A stretch of 64,000 nucleotides of DNA from a virus (taxonomy: Duplodnaviria > Caudoviricetes): positions 157-64,156 of IMG/VR virus record IMGVR_UViG_3300044641_007803; one strand, 5' to 3'. The position numbers and the translations under genes were made by a program. This document shows positions 28,136 to 37,106 of the stretch, piece by piece. Within the stretch, counting starts at the first letter, position 1. The number at the start of each line of letters is the position of its first letter. The notes beneath the pieces were generated by a model that had not been told where the DNA came from, searched no databases, and saw only the letters and a program-made list of their open reading frames with translations.

Positions 28136-28717
28136 CTAATCGATATGGCTTTTTAAGTGTTTTAAATACTCTTGAAGATTTGTAGTCATTTGTTGCTTAA
28201 ATTGAGAATCATTACCGTTCCAATCTTCTACATCCCCTTGTTCGGTAACAAAGGTATTTGTTGTCTCTAATGCATCCAATACCCATTGCTCTACATCTCT
28301 TGCAAAAGCTTTAAGACTTCCTTGCATCATATTCTTTTCATATGATTCATATAGCCCTGCTTTTCTTAATTCTGCTTCATAATCAATTACGCAATCAAAA
28401 CACATTTTATGTATCTTATACATTTTGTGACTAAGGTAGTAGTTCATACTCCCTTTACATTTTGGGCATGCTAATGGTATTTGTAAAGCTTTTTTTGCTG
28501 AGTCTAACTTTGTAATGTTCTGCCTTATTCCGCCTTTGATAGTCCAAGTTCTTCCGCTTTCTTCCCAAACATCTCCTTCTTTGTATGCTACTTGTGCTTT
28601 GGCATATCCAACACCATCTACTGTTTTACCACTAAAGTCTTTGTTTACTAGATTCCTAGCTCTATTAACATCTTTTGATTTGAATTCTTTTTTAAGTAAG
28701 CTCTCGCCCATAACCAA
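28136..28717 (-). CDS. Hypothetical protein with CxxC...CxxC zinc finger
   Basis: EGDVWEESGRTWTIKGG; CPKC and CFDC. Confidence 0.7.
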   Translation of the reverse strand: MVMGESLLKKEFKSKDVNRARNLVNKDFSGKTVDGVGYAKAQVAYKEGDVWEESGRTWTIKGGIRQNITKLDSAKKALQIPLACPKCKGSMNYYLSHKMYKIHKMCFDCVIDYEAELRKAGLYESYEKNMMQGSLKAFARDVEQWVLDALETTNTFVTEQGDVEDWNGNDSQFKQQMTTNLQEYLKHLKSHID

Positions 28718-29279
28718 GTTGTTTTAGTTGTTGTATAACCGATGAAACGTCTCCATCTTTACATTCTATTGCTATTCCTCCCTTAGAAGCAAATGCAACT
28801 AGGTTGGAAGGTTTATCGTCTATTAATATAGAGTTTTCATTTGCAAAATCCGACTTAGCATCTCCAAACCTAAAGATTACTTCAGGAAGAGGTGATAGGT
28901 GATTTCTTACCCACAGTCTTTTTCCCAGTCTTGAAGTATCATCCTCTGATGGTGATGTTAGTAGTTTTGGTCCGTAAGGTTGTATGAAGTCCCACAGTAC
29001 TTGTCCTTGTGGCATCCATTCCATATCTGACCAGAATTCTAGTCCAATATATTGATCAATAAATTTCCAAAACTCTTCATCTCCTTGTAATTTTTGAAAA
29101 TGTTTAGGTCTTGTTACTTGAGCAATTATTGCTTTTGAATAATACTTTGGACCTTCTTGTTGTAGTAGTGTAACAAACCTTTTTTCAAAGTCTGTTAATA
29201 CTCCGTCCATATCACAGTATATCTGATACTTAGGTACGAAGTCTGATTCTTCTAATAATAAGTCTACTAAATTTCCCAT
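28692..29279 (-). CDS. HAD-family 5'(3')-nucleotidase-like protein
   Basis: IYCDMDGVLTDF motif I, LTSP, GKRLWV, ILIDD motif IV. Confidence 0.8.
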   Translation of the reverse strand: MGNLVDLLLEESDFVPKYQIYCDMDGVLTDFEKRFVTLLQQEGPKYYSKAIIAQVTRPKHFQKLQGDEEFWKFIDQYIGLEFWSDMEWMPQGQVLWDFIQPYGPKLLTSPSEDDTSRLGKRLWVRNHLSPLPEVIFRFGDAKSDFANENSILIDDKPSNLVAFASKGGIAIECKDGDVSSVIQQLKQLGYGRELT

Positions 29280-29292
29280 AACCTTTTTAATT

Positions 29293-32013
29293 TTATAGTG
29301 GTTGTTGAATACCTAATGCAGGCATTCTTTTTCTCCACAATGTTAATATTTCTTCTTTTTCTTCAGGTGTAATTTTTTGAGCATTTAAGTATGTATTTAC
29401 AACATCTGCAAATGGTCTTTTCTCTTTCTTAGCTCTAAGGTACATTCCCTGTAAATTTGCATCTACTTCTTTAGGTAGAAGAAAATAGTGCTTCTTTTTT
29501 AATAATTTATCATCAATTAAATCTCGTATGTATTGATCATCTTCCATGTGCTTCCCTGGATTGAAGTTGTCAGAATTGCTATGAGTTAGGTGCTCTATCT
29601 CATGTCTAATAACATCTTTTAAGTTCATAGAAATTTCTTCCCAAAATTGAGGTAGTAGTGTAGGATCGATTTGAAATGCTACCATAATAGCATCGTCATA
29701 CTCTCCTTCTGGCGAATAGTCTGCTCCTCCGTCTACTTTTAGCTTTTTAGTTCCTCGTCTTAGAGCTAGCGTAGCTTGTACGTCAAACGCTAAATCATCT
29801 GATTCGAAAAATTCTCTAAAGCTAGAGGTTTTTTTTCCCTCTTGTACTTCCTTTTTCCAATGATTAAAAATAGCACTACTAACTCGATTTGTTATTGTAT
29901 CGTATCTTCCTTCTGCCATAACCTCTTTGTTTTCACTATTTTTTAAACCGTCTTCCCAATTTCTAAATGTAATATTTCCTTTTAGGTAAGCTTCTTTTTC
30001 TATTTGTTGTAGGTAATCATCTTCATTTGTGTTGGTAGTTCCTGCTAATCCTTCAAGTCTTCCTTCCATGTTTTGCATGTGGTGAATCATTTCGTGAGAG
30101 AACGATCTACAAACATCTTTTGGATGTCTACCCATTACATATAGAATTACTTCTTTATTATTTGGATCGTAGTATGCTGTTTTACCAAAAAAGTCATTAG
30201 CCTCATTTTCATCATATCTAATCTTTACTTCTGGTAGTGGTTGAATATTCATACCCTCATCTAACATATATTCTATAAGAGATCCTATGTATGGAGTGTA
30301 GTTGAACTTTTCCTGCTCTACTGCTTCTGGTAAATGCTTTTGATAAGGTGTTTGATCAACAGCTACATCTGTATATGTTCTGATGTAGATATCAATTCTG
30401 TCCTGATTAAACACTACTGTATACTTATCTGGATCAACTGTCTTTTTTAAATCTACAAAAAGGTGTTCTAAGTCTGCTCTGTCCTTTGACGGAATTGCTC
30501 CTAAAGGGTTAATTGCTGTTCCTGATGATCCTTCTTTTATTATTTTGGTTTTCTTAGGAAAGAAGCTTTCGAACACACCATCAACTGCAGTTAGCATTTT
30601 ATCTTCTACCGAATCTTCTTTCTGTGGTGTCACGATGTCTATGATTGTTTGTTTATCTTCTTTTGATACAACTTTTGGAATCCATGTACCTCCTAATAAA
30701 AACTTCTCTGATTTTCTAATATCAGTTGCTGAGAATTTATCATCCTCTTTATTTACGATAATTGGAAGTTCCTTTACTTCTACGTTCTTGTAATTGCCTT
30801 TTTGCTTTTGTTTTTCTATACCTGCAAATTTGCCCATTTCATCAGCCATTGCTCCAGTAATAATATCAGTCACTTTGTCTTGATTTGCATCAATCCATTC
30901 GTAGATGTCCAATACAGGTGTTACTTTGCTTACTTGAATCTCTACTGGTACGTTAATGTATTTAGCATAGATTTCCCAAATAGCTTTTGATTGTTCTGCT
31001 GTAATTTTTACTCCTTCTCTAATCTTAGGCCCAATAAAGATTACAATCTTATCTGCTTTAGTAGAAAGAAATTTAGCATTCTCAAAGTGAGCAAGGTGTG
31101 GTGGTTTAAATCCTCCAGCATATAAGGCTACAACTTCAGATCCATCATCTAATGCTTCAGCAAGGGTCTGTGCTACTTTTTCAAGTGCATCTTCTTTTCC
31201 TTTTCCTTTGGCTGTTCCTACTTCTCCTGATTTAACTGATACCATTGATTTGAAGATACCTGCTATTCTATTTTTAGATCTAGCATTTGTAAGCTTTCTA
31301 GCAACATCGTCTAATAAGTCTTCAAAAGAACCATCTATATTAAATCCTTTAAATAGTATTTTTATAGTACCCCAAGCTGTTGTTGACCATATTTCTTCTC
31401 TTGCTATTTCTTTAAATCCTTCTAGTTGTACTTTTCTAAGAGATAGTTTTACTGATGATAGATTGAATTCAAACTCTTCACCTTTTTTAAGTTTAGGTAG
31501 ATTTGAGATACCCATTCTTCTAAATACGTCTTGAGGGTCTTGTTCTAGTAGAATTACTTTTGCTAATCCTATTAGTATTCCTTGCTTTTCAGCTGGTAGA
31601 TCTAAGAATGATCCTTTGAAGGCATGTTCTTCTTCTGAAAGTGAAATGATGTTATCAACCTGAATATACTCGTCTTCTTTTCCTACAATTGGATAAAGTA
31701 CTGATATTAGTTCACCTGAGTTGTAGTATCTTCTACCTGTATATTTTTCTGATTTAAAAGGTACAATTATGTTTTGAGGAAGAGCTAGGGCTGCATCGAT
31801 AAGTCTTTGTTTAACCTCTCTCTTATCTTCTCCTTCAAACCATACTATAATATCTAAGTCTCCAAAGTCAGCTTTTGCACCTGCTTTTACAGATCCTGAT
31901 AGAGAAGCTTTTTTGAAGCCTGGTATTTTGCTTAGAACTTCTTCTACGTACTTATTGAACGTAGCTTGTACATCCCCTCTTTCTATTCTATTTCCTCCTG
32001 CTACTCCTGACAT
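29293..32013 (-). CDS. Multidomain protein: Pol-beta-type nucleotidyltransferase + cytidyltransferase-like (HIGH) + two HEXXH domains
   Basis: SGSVK..DFGDLDI..IQVD; YAGGFKPPHLAH..SATDIR; HEMIHHMQ..EKEAY; HEIEHLTH..EVDAN. Confidence 0.7.
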   Translation of the reverse strand: MSGVAGGNRIERGDVQATFNKYVEEVLSKIPGFKKASLSGSVKAGAKADFGDLDIIVWFEGEDKREVKQRLIDAALALPQNIIVPFKSEKYTGRRYYNSGELISVLYPIVGKEDEYIQVDNIISLSEEEHAFKGSFLDLPAEKQGILIGLAKVILLEQDPQDVFRRMGISNLPKLKKGEEFEFNLSSVKLSLRKVQLEGFKEIAREEIWSTTAWGTIKILFKGFNIDGSFEDLLDDVARKLTNARSKNRIAGIFKSMVSVKSGEVGTAKGKGKEDALEKVAQTLAEALDDGSEVVALYAGGFKPPHLAHFENAKFLSTKADKIVIFIGPKIREGVKITAEQSKAIWEIYAKYINVPVEIQVSKVTPVLDIYEWIDANQDKVTDIITGAMADEMGKFAGIEKQKQKGNYKNVEVKELPIIVNKEDDKFSATDIRKSEKFLLGGTWIPKVVSKEDKQTIIDIVTPQKEDSVEDKMLTAVDGVFESFFPKKTKIIKEGSSGTAINPLGAIPSKDRADLEHLFVDLKKTVDPDKYTVVFNQDRIDIYIRTYTDVAVDQTPYQKHLPEAVEQEKFNYTPYIGSLIEYMLDEGMNIQPLPEVKIRYDENEANDFFGKTAYYDPNNKEVILYVMGRHPKDVCRSFSHEMIHHMQNMEGRLEGLAGTTNTNEDDYLQQIEKEAYLKGNITFRNWEDGLKNSENKEVMAEGRYDTITNRVSSAIFNHWKKEVQEGKKTSSFREFFESDDLAFDVQATLALRRGTKKLKVDGGADYSPEGEYDDAIMVAFQIDPTLLPQFWEEISMNLKDVIRHEIEHLTHSNSDNFNPGKHMEDDQYIRDLIDDKLLKKKHYFLLPKEVDANLQGMYLRAKKEKRPFADVVNTYLNAQKITPEEKEEILTLWRKRMPALGIQQPL

Positions 32014-32014
32014 A

Positions 32015-32923
32015 TTATACTTTATATTGTGTTAGGTTTGAATTATCTGGTAAGAATTTACCTTTTAATCCTAATCTTTCTTGGTTATCAATCCAGTACT
32101 TCTGTAAGTCTTCTGGTATATCTGCTCTAGTGCTATCTAATATTTTTAGATAAGTATCGTAAACTGCATTTAGATCTTGTTCTGATAATCCTGCTTCTAA
32201 CGTTTCCATTAGTTTAAAATAATCTCCTATTGTATCTCGATCTAAATTTAGATCATATGATTTGTTTAAAAGATCTATTGCTTGTTGTGGTGTGTTTGCT
32301 ACAACCTCCTGTGACTGTTTATCCTTTACTCCATAATTGTGAGAGAATGTAAATCCTTTCTGTGAGAATAAAGATACAAGTAATTGTGTTCTATGTAACC
32401 CTTTTACGTTTCCTGAGTAAGTGGCTGAATGGTATGCAAACTGTAACCAATCAACATCTCCTACATTTACATCTATTTGAACGTTTTGTCCTACTACTTC
32501 ACTATTCTCATCGTACTGAGGGAATAGTAAGAATAAAGCTCCTGCAGAAGATCCTTTTATATCTGCTATAATCTCTGTATCAGCTTCTGCAATCTTTTGT
32601 GCTATTGCTACAATAACTGCTCTTTTCATTAACTGATCATCCGAAGATGTTCTAGCTCTTTTTTTGAATCCTTGAAATAAATCTTGAACGTGTTTTTCGT
32701 CTAGTCCCCAATCCTCTACATTATCAAAGGACGACCCAGCAAGTGCTAGGTCAATATCCCCTGAATAGTCTTTCTTTCCTACAGATCCTAAAGTTTTCAT
32801 TTCTCTGAAGAATGGTTCTGCTTTTGGAAATATTTGTTTGAACTGTTTAAAAAACTCTAATAGAGTTGGTTTAATGTGTTCTTTTTTTATCGGTGCTGTA
32901 CTATTAAATACGTTTCCTCCCAT
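32015..32923 (-). CDS. Pol-beta superfamily nucleotidyltransferase-like protein
   Basis: LGSVGKKDYSGDIDLAL (GS-x-DxD) and third Asp in VQIDV. Confidence 0.65.
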   Translation of the reverse strand: MGGNVFNSTAPIKKEHIKPTLLEFFKQFKQIFPKAEPFFREMKTLGSVGKKDYSGDIDLALAGSSFDNVEDWGLDEKHVQDLFQGFKKRARTSSDDQLMKRAVIVAIAQKIAEADTEIIADIKGSSAGALFLLFPQYDENSEVVGQNVQIDVNVGDVDWLQFAYHSATYSGNVKGLHRTQLLVSLFSQKGFTFSHNYGVKDKQSQEVVANTPQQAIDLLNKSYDLNLDRDTIGDYFKLMETLEAGLSEQDLNAVYDTYLKILDSTRADIPEDLQKYWIDNQERLGLKGKFLPDNSNLTQYKV

Positions 32924-32927
32924 ATTG

Positions 32928-33422
32928 TTATGCTTTACTTTCGTTTACTGAAAAGAAACTAGGGTCTGCTTTTAGGTTTGAATCTTTTTGCCAGATTTCA
33001 AACATAAAGTCACCAAAGTACACTTCTAATTTACAAGTAAGACCTTTTGTATATTCCTCAAAATCTTCATCCTCTCCCATCAATTCTCCTGTTCCTGGAT
33101 TAATGTCATCGCTAAAGTTATATAGTACTTCCTCGTACTCATCTTGGTCTGGATCTTCCTCTAGTCTTTGTAATCTTTCTTGTTCTAGTATCTTTGCAAA
33201 TTTACCACCTAACATAATTATAGGGTGATCTCCTTGTATTGTTAGTCCTGATATCATTATTGCTCTTTCAGAAGGTACTGCTGTGATTGGTTTAGTTAAG
33301 TCTATATCTGCTTTTCTGAAAGCCTGCTCTACTGTTTCTCCTTCATATTCCTCTTTTAGTAGTTTTGAATTAGTAGTTAATTTATTCTCTACTAAGAACT
33401 TTTTTAAATCAAAGTTTTCCAT
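32928..33422 (-). CDS. Hypothetical protein with FDLKKFLVENKLT leader
   Basis: MENFDLKKFLVENKLTTNSKLLKEE then acidic domain. Confidence 0.75.
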   Translation of the reverse strand: MENFDLKKFLVENKLTTNSKLLKEEYEGETVEQAFRKADIDLTKPITAVPSERAIMISGLTIQGDHPIIMLGGKFAKILEQERLQRLEEDPDQDEYEEVLYNFSDDINPGTGELMGEDEDFEEYTKGLTCKLEVYFGDFMFEIWQKDSNLKADPSFFSVNESKA

Positions 33423-33438
33423 ATTATTTCTATTTGCC

Positions 33439-33472
33439 TAAAGATACACATAATATTTATACTATGCAACTA
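33439..33472 (-). promoter_or_regulatory. Bacteroidota sigma70-like (-33/-7) promoter
   Basis: Minus strand GTTGC...TATCTTTA with exactly 20 nt between TTG and TATC. Confidence 0.65.
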
Positions 33473-33491
33473 TTATATTAAATAAATAGTA

Positions 33492-34274
33492 CTAAAGTTT
33501 GATAGTAGTTGGATATGATGTGAACTTTGGTTCTGTTGTTGGATGCTCAAGCTCATATAATTTATAGATCAACTTGAATAATTCAAAGTTCTTTTCTATA
33601 TCGTCAATCACTTTCAACTCCCATCCTTTACCCTGAATCTTCTTACCGCTCTTATCTTCTCCTCGAGTAGCTGCTTTTAACCAAAGGATTGCTGTTCTAT
33701 CAATTTTAATTCCTTTTGTTTCTTCAATTGATTTAGCATAAGCTGCTAATTGTAAGTCGTATGATTTATGAAGACTGTTAGATGTTTTAAAATCAATAAG
33801 CCAAACCTCATCATTCATCTTTACTACTATATCGGCTGTTCCAGCATACTTGTGTGTGTCTGAGTAAGTAAATTCTTCTGTAAATATTAGTTCAGGTTTT
33901 GCTGCTGCCCAAAACTCTTTGAACTTTATAATCATTCCCCATACTAATTCATTGTATCGAGCATTGCCGTAATCATCCATCCATTGGATTTCTTTACCTT
34001 CTAATAGCTCTTCGATTGCATTATGAACTTGAGTACCTTCATCTCCAGCTTTTCTCATTATAATGTCCGAGTTATGTCCTACATCTTTAATCCAATTTTC
34101 AAAGAACTTATTCTTTGGCATGTATTGTAAGATTGAAGTAACTGAAGGGTAGTATACTCCTTCTGATCGTTGGTAAACTCTTCTGTCTAAGAAGTTAATT
34201 TGTTTAAGTTCAGGTTGAAAATCCAACCTCTTCTTAGCGTGTTCTGACAAAACATTCTGTCCTTTTTGTATCAT
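33492..34274 (-). CDS. PD-(D/E)XK exonuclease (Cas4/lambda-exonuclease-like phage family)
   Basis: YPSVTSIL, GTQVH, YAGTADIV, LIDFKTS, QLAAY. Confidence 0.8.
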   Translation of the reverse strand: MIQKGQNVLSEHAKKRLDFQPELKQINFLDRRVYQRSEGVYYPSVTSILQYMPKNKFFENWIKDVGHNSDIIMRKAGDEGTQVHNAIEELLEGKEIQWMDDYGNARYNELVWGMIIKFKEFWAAAKPELIFTEEFTYSDTHKYAGTADIVVKMNDEVWLIDFKTSNSLHKSYDLQLAAYAKSIEETKGIKIDRTAILWLKAATRGEDKSGKKIQGKGWELKVIDDIEKNFELFKLIYKLYELEHPTTEPKFTSYPTTIKL

Positions 34275-34275
34275 A

Positions 34276-35196
34276 TTATGATAGTTTGTAGCGGAGTAAC
34301 TTTCCTAAGTCCATTTCCTCTGCTCGTTGTACGTGATGAGTGAAATTTACAAATCCCATCTCACTTGGATCTTTATCCTGCATATCTATTAGATATACCT
34401 TTTTTCCCATATTCAGAAACTGCTCTACATATTGCAAAGCTTTTTTTAGTGCATCCCTGTCAAGGGCTATATAGATATCTTCAACAGTACTTGATACTAT
34501 TTTCTTTATCAGCGCTTTTGATAAAGACTTTCCTAGTATTGGTACTGCATTTCTTTTTACTGCTATTGCATCAAACACTCCTTCAACTAATATAATTGGT
34601 TGGGACCAGTTGATTAAATTCTCAAATCCTATTATGTCTTTAGAGCACTCTGGATTTCTATATTTATGGTATGCGTCCTCAAATGTTCTTGCTACGAAGA
34701 AGTTTAACTGATTGTTTTCTCCATAAGATGGAATAATAATTCTTCCTGTGTATTGTCCTGAGGTGCAGTATCCTATATTGTATTTTAAGAAGTCTCTGTC
34801 TGTGAAACCTCTTTTATACAAGTAGCTTCTTACTTTATTTGCTATAATGGAGGTGGTTGTTGCTTCGTATAACGATTGAAACTCTTTTGGTAGTTCTACT
34901 GTAGATGTAGGTGCATATCCTACCTCATCTCCTTTTCTTACATACTTTAGTATTTCGTATGCTTGTTCTGCAGGTACCTGTAATTGTTTTAGTAGTGACT
35001 TTATTGTACGTCCTTTGAATCCACATACCCAGCATTCAAATGGATTTTGTCCATTTTCATCTGTGTGAAGATTTACTTCTAGCTTTGGTTTATGGTGATT
35101 ACATTTAGGACAATTAAATGCATAGTTTTCTCTTGCCCTTTTGTGGGATTTTCCTAATACATTCTCTATAAAACCTAATAGTATATTACTACTCAT
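34276..35196 (-). CDS. DNA primase (zinc finger + TOPRIM)
   Basis: CPKC...CWVC; YLYKRG; RIIIP; VEGVFDA; LDRDA; KDPSE. Confidence 0.88.
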   Translation of the reverse strand: MSSNILLGFIENVLGKSHKRARENYAFNCPKCNHHKPKLEVNLHTDENGQNPFECWVCGFKGRTIKSLLKQLQVPAEQAYEILKYVRKGDEVGYAPTSTVELPKEFQSLYEATTTSIIANKVRSYLYKRGFTDRDFLKYNIGYCTSGQYTGRIIIPSYGENNQLNFFVARTFEDAYHKYRNPECSKDIIGFENLINWSQPIILVEGVFDAIAVKRNAVPILGKSLSKALIKKIVSSTVEDIYIALDRDALKKALQYVEQFLNMGKKVYLIDMQDKDPSEMGFVNFTHHVQRAEEMDLGKLLRYKLS

Positions 35197-35220
35197 ACTT
35201 GTTCATAACTGGTTGACATT

Positions 35221-35256
35221 ATAAGATACAAAAAAAGACTTGAATAAACAAGCCTT
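35221..35256 (-). promoter_or_regulatory. Early-type promoter upstream of primase, overlapping a terminator-like hairpin
   Basis: Minus strand TTG-N20-TATCTTAT; hairpin AGGCTTG..CAAGTCT followed by T run. Confidence 0.55.
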
Positions 35257-35278
35257 TCTTTAATTATTTTGTACTATA

Positions 35279-35980
35279 TTATCGGCCTGTAAATGGCTTT
35301 CCTCCTATTTTAACACTACCTCCTGGTTTAGTACTTGCTGGACCTGGTTCCATCGGACCTGTATTTGATCCTACGTCAGGGCTTCCCCCTACCTTTAATC
35401 CTACTTTAATCTCCTTGGATGCTGTAGCAAGTGCTGCTGCTGCTTTTAGTGGTTGAATTACTTTACTAACTTCACTTGCTGGTATTTTATACATAGTTGA
35501 AGATTGTCCTTCATAAGAATCTTTATACTTTGCTAGTGTCTTAAGGACATTGTTTAGTTCTGCTTTTTGATCTTGAGAATCCCACAGTACATCAATTGTA
35601 ATGTATTTAAAGTCATCGTCCATACTCACTGCAACTCCTATCGAGTGGCCAGCTTCTTTTACTGAACCCCAGTTTAGTGACTCATGTCTATCATCCGTAG
35701 TGTAGCTTATAAAGCTTAATAAACGTCCTTTATCTCCCTGTAAGGCAGCCTTAACTGCTTTCCAAGCAGGAATAGTTCTTTGATCATCGAACTTATCAGG
35801 GTCTTGTGAATCATCTCCGTCATCAACACCATCTCCTTGGTCATCATCTGCATCGTCAAAATCTGCGTCGTATTGATCAAAGTCACCTCCTGATAGTACG
35901 TCAAAATCTTCTAGAAGTCTAGAGTTACTTGTTAATTTATTCTCTACTAAGAATTTTTTTAAGTCAAAATTATTTTTCAT
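35279..35980 (-). CDS. Hypothetical protein with FDLKKFLVENKLT leader
   Basis: MKNNFDLKKFLVENKLTSNSRLLED; Asp-rich linker. Confidence 0.75.
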   Translation of the reverse strand: MKNNFDLKKFLVENKLTSNSRLLEDFDVLSGGDFDQYDADFDDADDDQGDGVDDGDDSQDPDKFDDQRTIPAWKAVKAALQGDKGRLLSFISYTTDDRHESLNWGSVKEAGHSIGVAVSMDDDFKYITIDVLWDSQDQKAELNNVLKTLAKYKDSYEGQSSTMYKIPASEVSKVIQPLKAAAALATASKEIKVGLKVGGSPDVGSNTGPMEPGPASTKPGGSVKIGGKPFTGR

Positions 35981-35991
35981 ATCTTATTTAA

Positions 35992-36699
35992 TTATAGTGT
36001 TTGTGTATTTTCCTCTTCTAGTAACATTGTGCCTATTTTTGCTACAACCATTCCAAAGAACAATACATATGCTCCGTATATGTATAATTTTTTCATTGTT
36101 CTAGATAGTCCTGGCATTGTTCCTATCTTTCTTTCGATTGTCTGTAGGGTTGGTTTTGCATCAGTTACCAATTCTGTTGTAACTGCTATTCCTCTACTTT
36201 TAAAAAATCTATATAAATCAAAATTAGACTTATCTCTCATCTCTCCTTCAAAGTCTATTGGAAAAATTACATTGTCTGCCAGTTTTTGTAAGTATGCCTG
36301 ATATTGTTGGTCATCTAATTTATCTTCCTCTTCTTGCGATAACCACAGATCAGCAGACGTATCTACATACTTTATCCCATACTGTACCTTATCATCATCT
36401 TTATCTTTTCTTTCTAATAAGTTTGTATAACCTATAACTCTATACTCCTTTACTACTGATGGGCCTGGTTTATATGCTGCAGCTTGTGATTTAACAAAGT
36501 TTACTAAATCCGCTGGTAATACTTTTGTAAATAGGGATGATAGTGCATTTCCTGTTAATTTGTTTATTTGTTTAGCAAAGCCTATTGCTTTGTCTTTAAT
36601 CCAAGATAAAATTCCCTCATCTATAGTTGATTCCTGTCTTGAATTGGATGTTAGTTTATTCTCTACTAAGAATTTTTTTAAATCAAAATTGTTTTCCAT
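35992..36699 (-). CDS. Hypothetical protein with FDLKKFLVENKLT leader and C-terminal hydrophobic helix
   Basis: MENNFDLKKFLVENKLTSNSR; LYIYGAYVLFFGMVVA. Confidence 0.75.
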   Translation of the reverse strand: MENNFDLKKFLVENKLTSNSRQESTIDEGILSWIKDKAIGFAKQINKLTGNALSSLFTKVLPADLVNFVKSQAAAYKPGPSVVKEYRVIGYTNLLERKDKDDDKVQYGIKYVDTSADLWLSQEEEDKLDDQQYQAYLQKLADNVIFPIDFEGEMRDKSNFDLYRFFKSRGIAVTTELVTDAKPTLQTIERKIGTMPGLSRTMKKLYIYGAYVLFFGMVVAKIGTMLLEEENTQTL

Positions 36700-36723
36700 T
36701 CCTATTTTATTTTTACTACAAGG

Positions 36724-37104
36724 TTACACTGTTCCGTGAAAATCGGGAGCTGCTATAGTGCTTCGTGTTAATCTATATGAGTCTATATTGTTATTTTCTC
36801 TATCTAATAACATTATCCCGTCTCCTATTTTCATTGGCTTTGGTGCAATTTTTATGAAAGATTCAAAATCCTCTTGTCTAGGTTCTGTTTTAAAGAATAT
36901 TTCATATTCCGGTTTATCTGCATACATGTATACCATTCTAAAGTTATCTCCCGGAGGTATAGGTTCTCCTGTGTATGGTATTGGTTTTAATTCTCTAAGT
37001 TCATTCTCTGCTACCTGTCTTTGCTCTATTTCTAGAAGGTTTTTTGAATTACTAGTCAATTTATTCTCTACTAAGAATTTTTTTAAGTCAAACGTATTTT
37101 CCAT
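36724..37104 (-). CDS. Hypothetical protein with FDLKKFLVENKLT leader
   Basis: MENTFDLKKFLVENKLTSNSKNLLE. Confidence 0.75.
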   Translation of the reverse strand: MENTFDLKKFLVENKLTSNSKNLLEIEQRQVAENELRELKPIPYTGEPIPPGDNFRMVYMYADKPEYEIFFKTEPRQEDFESFIKIAPKPMKIGDGIMLLDRENNNIDSYRLTRSTIAAPDFHGTV

Positions 37105-37106
37105 TA

